From positions 1 through 38,465 of IMG/VR virus record IMGVR_UViG_3300046739_000253: a stretch of DNA of 38,465 nt. One strand, written 5' to 3'. Source of the stretch: a virus. Taxonomy: Duplodnaviria > Caudoviricetes. This document shows, piece after piece, positions 34,208 to 38,465 of the stretch; the stretch's first letter is position 1; each line of letters starts with the position of its first letter. The translations under genes and the position numbers were made by a program. The notes under the pieces were generated by a model that had not been told where the DNA came from, did no database searches, and was given only the letters and a program-made list of their open reading frames with translations.

Positions 34208-34575
34208 TGCCGCGTCGCCGCCTGCCCGTCGTGGCCGACCCTGATGCGGTGCTGCAGCGGGCCAACGATCTGGAGGCGCTGCTCGTCTCGCCGGGCTGGG
34301 CGTGGCTCTGTGTCGAGGCGAACAAGCTCTACGGCCAGCGCACGTTCGTGGAGCAAGTCGAGCAGGTCGTGCGCGTGGGCGGGACCAGCGAGGCCATCGC
34401 GGCCCGCACGATCTCGCTGACCGCCGCGCGGATGGCCGCAGGGGCGCTCATCAACCTTCCGGGTGAGACGCTCGCGGACCTGAAGCGCAAGCTCGCGACG
34501 CAGCAGGGCGATGCGCCGTCGCCCGGCCTCGGAGCCAACGTCGAGGTGTCCCGTGGGGATGCAGACGCGCACTGA
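34207..34575 (+). CDS. Small post-portal protein
   Basis: LEALLVSPGW..L motif often seen in the gene following podoviral portals. Confidence 0.6.
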   Translation: MPRRRLPVVADPDAVLQRANDLEALLVSPGWAWLCVEANKLYGQRTFVEQVEQVVRVGGTSEAIAARTISLTAARMAAGALINLPGETLADLKRKLATQQGDAPSPGLGANVEVSRGDADAH

Positions 34576-34861
34576 CCTCATCCCGAGCGTGTCGATGCCG
34601 CTGACGCTGCGGCCCGACCTCGTCCTGCTCGCGCTGCCGCCCCGCCACGCGGAGAGCTTCCGGGGCGGGCTGATCATGTTGCACACCGAGGGCCGCGACC
34701 GGCGCGGGCTGGTGCTGAAAACCGGAGACGCGGTGACCGCCGTGCAGTTCTTCGACCACGTCATCTTCGACAGCTTCGCCGCTGAAGAGGTGACGGTGGA
34801 CGAGTGGCCGTGCGTGCTGGTGCCGGAGGCGGCGCTCGACGCCGTCGTGGAGAGTGACTGA
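34559..34861 (+). CDS. groES: GroES/Cpn10-like co-chaperonin
   Basis: LRPDLVLL...GGLIM...RGLVLKTG..V..V...DHVIFDSFAAEEVTVD....VLVPEAALDAVVE aligns by eye along the full GroES length. Confidence 0.75.
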   Translation: MQTRTDLIPSVSMPLTLRPDLVLLALPPRHAESFRGGLIMLHTEGRDRRGLVLKTGDAVTAVQFFDHVIFDSFAAEEVTVDEWPCVLVPEAALDAVVESD

Positions 34862-35820
34862 TGGCCGACGTAGTCCTTGAAGACGCCGCAGGCGGGATGC
34901 CGCCCGCGACCGCACAGACCCTGCCGCAAGCCCCGCAGCCGCCAGTCGAGCCGCCGCCGCCTGACCTGACGCAGCCGCTGGCCGACCCCGACGACGCCGA
35001 GGAGCCGCCTGCGCCCGGCGACGACGACCTGCCCGAGGGCGAAGAGCCGCAACCGCAGGGCCGACGCAGCGTCGTCGGCGATCTGGTGCGCGAGCGCGAG
35101 CGGCGGCAGACCGTCGAGAACAACCTGCAGCAGTCGCAGGAACTGCTGCGGCAGGTCATGTCGCTGCCCGGCGGGATGGAACTGCTGCAGGCCGCGACGA
35201 CCGGCCAGCCGCTGCCGCGCCGTCCCGGCGAGATGAGCGCCGACGATCAGGCGCTGGTGCAGGAAGCGACCGAGGTCGCGCAGGATCTGGGCCTCTACGA
35301 CGCGCAGGGCCAGCCCGACCTGAAGACCGCCGCGCGGATCGTCATCCGCGACCGCAAGCGCACCGAGACGATGCTGCGGCAGGCGCTCGGGCCGCTGCAG
35401 CAGCAGACGCTGTCGCTGGCCGCGCAGCCGGTGATCAACCGCGTGCTCGGCGTCGCGGAGCAGTTCGGCATCGACAAGAACCTCGTCTGGCAGGGGCTGC
35501 AGGCGACGCCGCCCGAGCACCTCAACAACCCGGAAGTGCAGCAGGCGGTGCTGATGATGGCGCTCGGCACGCAGACGATGTTGCAGTCGAACCAGTCGCG
35601 GGCCACCGGCACGGGCGGGCAGCAGCCGCGCGGGATGCCGCTGCAGCGCATGGGCGCACGGCCCCCGATCTTCACCGAAGCGCCCGGCGGCAGGCCGAGG
35701 GCGTCGGCGCAACTGGACGACGTGTTCCGCGAGCGGCTGCGCTCGACGGGCATGAAGGACGAAACGATCAACGCGTCGCTGGCGAACTTCGTGCCCGGCG
35801 CACCGAACCGCTTGGAGTAG
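34861..35820 (+). CDS. Putative capsid scaffolding protein
   Basis: Acidic Pro-rich N-terminus, L..ER.RRQ coiled coil, located between portal and capsid. Confidence 0.65.
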   Translation: MADVVLEDAAGGMPPATAQTLPQAPQPPVEPPPPDLTQPLADPDDAEEPPAPGDDDLPEGEEPQPQGRRSVVGDLVRERERRQTVENNLQQSQELLRQVMSLPGGMELLQAATTGQPLPRRPGEMSADDQALVQEATEVAQDLGLYDAQGQPDLKTAARIVIRDRKRTETMLRQALGPLQQQTLSLAAQPVINRVLGVAEQFGIDKNLVWQGLQATPPEHLNNPEVQQAVLMMALGTQTMLQSNQSRATGTGGQQPRGMPLQRMGARPPIFTEAPGGRPRASAQLDDVFRERLRSTGMKDETINASLANFVPGAPNRLE

Positions 35821-35823
35821 CCC

Positions 35824-36492
35824 ATGTCCCGAGTGAAGTCGCGGCTGGAGATCGAAACCGAGAAGCTGCAGCGCGGCGTGAAGCAGCGCCTGAAGGAAAC
35901 CGTCGCGTCGCAGCGCAAGGTCGCCGACGACGATCTGGTCGAGGCGTTCAAGGACTTCGCGAACATCGAGGTCGCCGGGCGGCGGTTGACGGATCCGAAC
36001 CTGCCCAACGCGCTGCCGATCCGCCTGAAGGACGAGCCGGAGGAGCACGAAGACCCGCGTGGCATCCGGCGCAAGTGGTACCTGCGCTGGATCAACCTCG
36101 CGATGCCGAACCGGCACCACATCGCGCAGCAGTCGCTCGGCTACGCGCCCGTGCGCTGGGACGAACTGCAGACCGCCGACGTGATCAGCAACCCGTCGAA
36201 GACCGACGAGTTCGTGCGCCGGAGCGAGGGCGGCAAGGAAGCCCTGATGAAGATGCCGATGGCGCTCTACCGGCGCATCAAGGCGAAGCAGCATGAGCGG
36301 CACGCGCGGACGATGACGGGCCGTGCGTTGAAAGAGTCGGCCATCGCCGCCGCTGTCGCGCGGGGGTTGTCCCCGGAGGACACCGAGGCCGTCGGAGAGG
36401 TGGTCGGCTCGATCAAGGTCGGGCGCGACCGGCTCGTCTCGCCCGACGCGAACCCGCTCGATGCGGCGGCAAACGAAGACCCCCAGCCCTAG
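35824..36492 (+). CDS. Head-module protein of unknown function
   Basis: YLRWIN...GYAPV...LMKMP pattern seen in genes between scaffold and capsid. Confidence 0.6.
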   Translation: MSRVKSRLEIETEKLQRGVKQRLKETVASQRKVADDDLVEAFKDFANIEVAGRRLTDPNLPNALPIRLKDEPEEHEDPRGIRRKWYLRWINLAMPNRHHIAQQSLGYAPVRWDELQTADVISNPSKTDEFVRRSEGGKEALMKMPMALYRRIKAKQHERHARTMTGRALKESAIAAAVARGLSPEDTEAVGEVVGSIKVGRDRLVSPDANPLDAAANEDPQP

Positions 36493-36500
36493 GAGACGCC

Positions 36501-36698
36501 ATGTCGATCATCGGCCTGCTCGTTGCGCTGCTGCTGTTCTGCCTGCTCGTCTGGGCCTCGCAGGCGCTGCTGACCGCCTTCGGCATCGCCGACCCGCTCC
36601 GCACTGTGATCTGGGTCGTCGTCGTGATCCTCGGCGTGCTGATCATCCTCGGGTATCTCGGCGCGCCGCTCCCGACCTACGGACACCTCCGGCCTTGA
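36501..36698 (+). CDS. Two-TM small membrane protein (holin-like)
   Basis: Two hydrophobic helices in 65 aa. TAGGAG RBS. Confidence 0.6.
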   Translation: MSIIGLLVALLLFCLLVWASQALLTAFGIADPLRTVIWVVVVILGVLIILGYLGAPLPTYGHLRP

Positions 36699-36724
36699 CA
36701 GTCGAGGCCACGCAGCCGTAACCT
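36695..36724 (+). promoter_or_regulatory. Sigma70-type promoter of the capsid operon / leader RNA
   Basis: TTGACA-18 nt-TAACCT, same spacing as PL2 and PL3. Confidence 0.7.
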
Positions 36725-36730
36725 CATCGC

Positions 36731-36818
36731 CGACCGGCAGGGGCAGACGGCTCTCGCGCCAAGGGACTTACTCCAGTGGGTTCCGACCGCGCAGGGCACT
36801 CTCGCCCCTGCTAGTTTT
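36731..36818 (+). ncRNA. Candidate ~88-nt rod-shaped small RNA with apical CUCCAGUG (complement of the early-gene RBS motif)
   Basis: Three stacked stems (36736-44/36804-12, 36750-58/36788-97, 36763-71/36776-84) with five G-U pairs that work only on the + strand. UCCA loop and a 3' UUUU. Confidence 0.55.
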
Positions 36819-36823
36819 CGCCT

Positions 36824-36921
36824 CCCCGATGTCACGCGCGTCGGGGCACACGGTGTGACCTGCAGTGCGTGCTGCTGCTCGCTGGCCCGGTTGGCCGCTG
36901 GCGACTGCGTCGAGGCCAACC
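36824..36921 (+). other. Further structured leader RNA (possible pseudoknot plus hairpin)
   Basis: CCCCGAU/GUCGGGG stem whose loop GUCACGC can pair with GUGUGAC (36853-59). GGUUGGCC/GGCCAACC stem at 36889-36921. Confidence 0.4.
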
Positions 36922-36982
36922 CGCAACCCCGAAGACATTCGTCTGCGCTCCCCGCGCGGACTCTCAGGGCGAGGGTTTTCTC

Positions 36983-37453
36983 ATGGTGACTTTCACGGTC
37001 GGAGCCGGTGACGGCTTCCGCGAACTGCGTCAGACGCGGATCATGTATTTCCTTGAAGGGGCGGCGCAGACCTTCAAGACGGGCGCGGTGGTGATCCTCA
37101 CCGCCGGGAAGGCCGTGAAGGGCGCAACCGCTGCGGTCGCGACCATCCTCGGCATCGCCGCCGAAGCGGCCAGCGGCGTCACCGACCGGAAGATCGGCGT
37201 GCTCGTCGCCGACGAGAACAGCGAGTTCCAAGGCCGCGTGCAGGACACGGGCGTGCTCGCGCTGGCGCTGGTCGGCGGGCAGTTCGGCCTCGTCCTCGAC
37301 GCCGTGGGCGGCAAGGACATCTTCCGCGTGAACATCGCGGACACGACCAACAAGGCCGTCGTCATCACCGAACTGATCGACGCGGTCGGCGACGTGAACG
37401 GGCGGGTCGCGTTCAAGTTCCTCAACGCGGTGCGGACGCCGCAGCAGTCGTAG
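36983..37453 (+). CDS. Capsid decoration / cement-type protein
   Basis: 156-aa small-residue beta-rich protein (F..G..V.L..G...A...ILGIA.E) directly before the major capsid gene. Confidence 0.6.
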   Translation: MVTFTVGAGDGFRELRQTRIMYFLEGAAQTFKTGAVVILTAGKAVKGATAAVATILGIAAEAASGVTDRKIGVLVADENSEFQGRVQDTGVLALALVGGQFGLVLDAVGGKDIFRVNIADTTNKAVVITELIDAVGDVNGRVAFKFLNAVRTPQQS

Positions 37454-37484
37454 TCGCGCTCATCAGTCCCACTAGGAGCCAGCC

Positions 37485-38402
37485 ATGCAAGTACGTGGAA
37501 CTTTTGCGGCGCTGTACGACAACGTCGATAAGACGGTGTACGCGCTGCTCGGCAAGCAGTTGAAGGAGCTTCCCCCGATCTGGACCGACATCTACTCGCG
37601 CAAGAGTTCCTCGCGCAAGTTTGAGCGGTTCCAGACGGTCACGCCGTTCGGCGACGTGCCCGAGAAGCCCGAGGGCAGCGTCTACGCCTTCGACCTGATC
37701 CGTCCCGGCTACAGCAAGGACGTGACCCCGGTCGAGTTCGGCCTCGGCTTTGAGGTCACCGAGACGGCGATGGAAGACGACCAGTTCGACGTGCTGCAGC
37801 GGCAGGCGTCGTGGCTGGCGTTCAGCGCCCGCGTCGTGCAGGAGAAGTACGCGGCGATCCCGTTCAACCTCGGCTTCTCGACGCAGCTTGCGCCCGACGG
37901 CGTCTCGCTGTTCAATACCGCCCATGTGCTCGCGGGCGGCGGCACGGCCCGCAACCGCCCGGCGACCGATGCCGACCTGAGCTACGACTCGCTCAATCAG
38001 GCGATCATCGACGTGCAGACGGACACGAAGCTGGAGAGCGGGCAGTTGGTCGCGCCCGTGATGAACTGGATCCTCTACGTGCCGCCCCAGTTGGAAATGC
38101 TCGCTGACCGCCTGCTGAACAGCACGCTGCTGCCCGGCTCGGTGGACAACGACGTGAACCCGATCAAGCGGCGTCGGAACATCCGCATCCTCACCAACCC
38201 CTACCTCACCGACGCCGACGCGTGGTACCTCGTCGCCGACGCGAAGGAAACGCACGGCCTCGTCTGCGTGGACCGCGTCGGCATCACCGCCGCGCCCGCG
38301 ATGCAGGACGCCCGCACCGGCAACCGGATCTACAAGGTGCGCTTCCGGCAGGCGTGGGACGCTTTTCTTTGGCAGAATATCTATGGAACTGCTGGAGCGT
38401 AA
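37485..38402 (+). CDS. Major capsid protein (HK97 fold, Mu gpT-like)
   Basis: FG.VPEKPEG, FGLGFEVT..AMEDDQF, DGVSLFNTAH, LYVPPQLE..A..LL.S, NPYLTD.DAWYL. Confidence 0.9.
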   Translation: MQVRGTFAALYDNVDKTVYALLGKQLKELPPIWTDIYSRKSSSRKFERFQTVTPFGDVPEKPEGSVYAFDLIRPGYSKDVTPVEFGLGFEVTETAMEDDQFDVLQRQASWLAFSARVVQEKYAAIPFNLGFSTQLAPDGVSLFNTAHVLAGGGTARNRPATDADLSYDSLNQAIIDVQTDTKLESGQLVAPVMNWILYVPPQLEMLADRLLNSTLLPGSVDNDVNPIKRRRNIRILTNPYLTDADAWYLVADAKETHGLVCVDRVGITAAPAMQDARTGNRIYKVRFRQAWDAFLWQNIYGTAGA

Positions 38403-38448
38403 GGGGTTAGCAACAAGGTGACGTGCAGGGCCGCGTGACACCCCTTAC
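38399..38448 (+). other. Inverted repeat closing the capsid gene
   Basis: GTAAGGGGT (38399-407) and ACCCCTTAC (38440-48). No U-tract follows. Confidence 0.45.
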
Positions 38449-38465
38449 AGAGGCGCACGAACCAG

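Noticed and set aside
29061-36303. Long antisense and alternative-frame ORFs (e.g. 29061-30719, 31907-34144, 33802-36303 on the minus strand; also 2727-4211 and 8245-9648)
   Set aside because: These are Arg/Ala/Gly-rich shadows expected in high-GC DNA opposite or overlapping well-supported genes.
36724-36762. Minus-strand 12-aa ORF (TTG start) 8 nt after CACTGGAG, as an alternative explanation of the 36771 copy
   Set aside because: The start is weak, no leftward promoter was seen, it is antisense to a strong promoter, and G-U pairs favour a + strand RNA. Not fully excluded.
1-38465. Terminal repeat / complete circular genome, tRNA genes, DGR, recoded stop codons
   Set aside because: The window ends do not overlap and the first gene appears truncated. 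No cloverleaf, reverse transcriptase or TR/VR pair was seen. Genes read intact in the standard code with all three stops used.

Overview
Near-complete genome of a high-GC (roughly 70% by eye) tailed dsDNA phage with podovirus-like (P22/T7-type gene order) morphogenesis, opened within the late region. Order: tail nozzle, fibre and four putative ejection proteins, including a 1675-aa protein (1-12291, +); a leftward early region of about 17 mostly small genes (12275-19688, -); a divergent switch with a Cro/Ner-like HTH gene; recombination and replication genes (HNH, ERF, PD-(D/E)XK exonuclease, SF4/AAA_25 helicase, palindromic origin, RusA); small accessory genes; terminase, portal, GroES-like protein, scaffold and major capsid (+). 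No integrase, DNA polymerase, primase, endolysin, tRNA or CRISPR array was recognised. The most striking unexplained structure is regulatory. The octamer CACTGGAG sits 6-9 nt before the start codon of 14 early/middle genes, and at 7 of the 10 leftward sites it follows a GC-rich RNA hairpin. A promoter-driven ~88-nt rod-shaped RNA in the capsid-operon leader carries the exact complement (CUCCAGUGGG) at its apical loop. This suggests a phage-encoded small RNA that addresses a whole regulon through a shared, extended ribosome-binding site. Family assignments come from motif recognition by eye, not from database searches.
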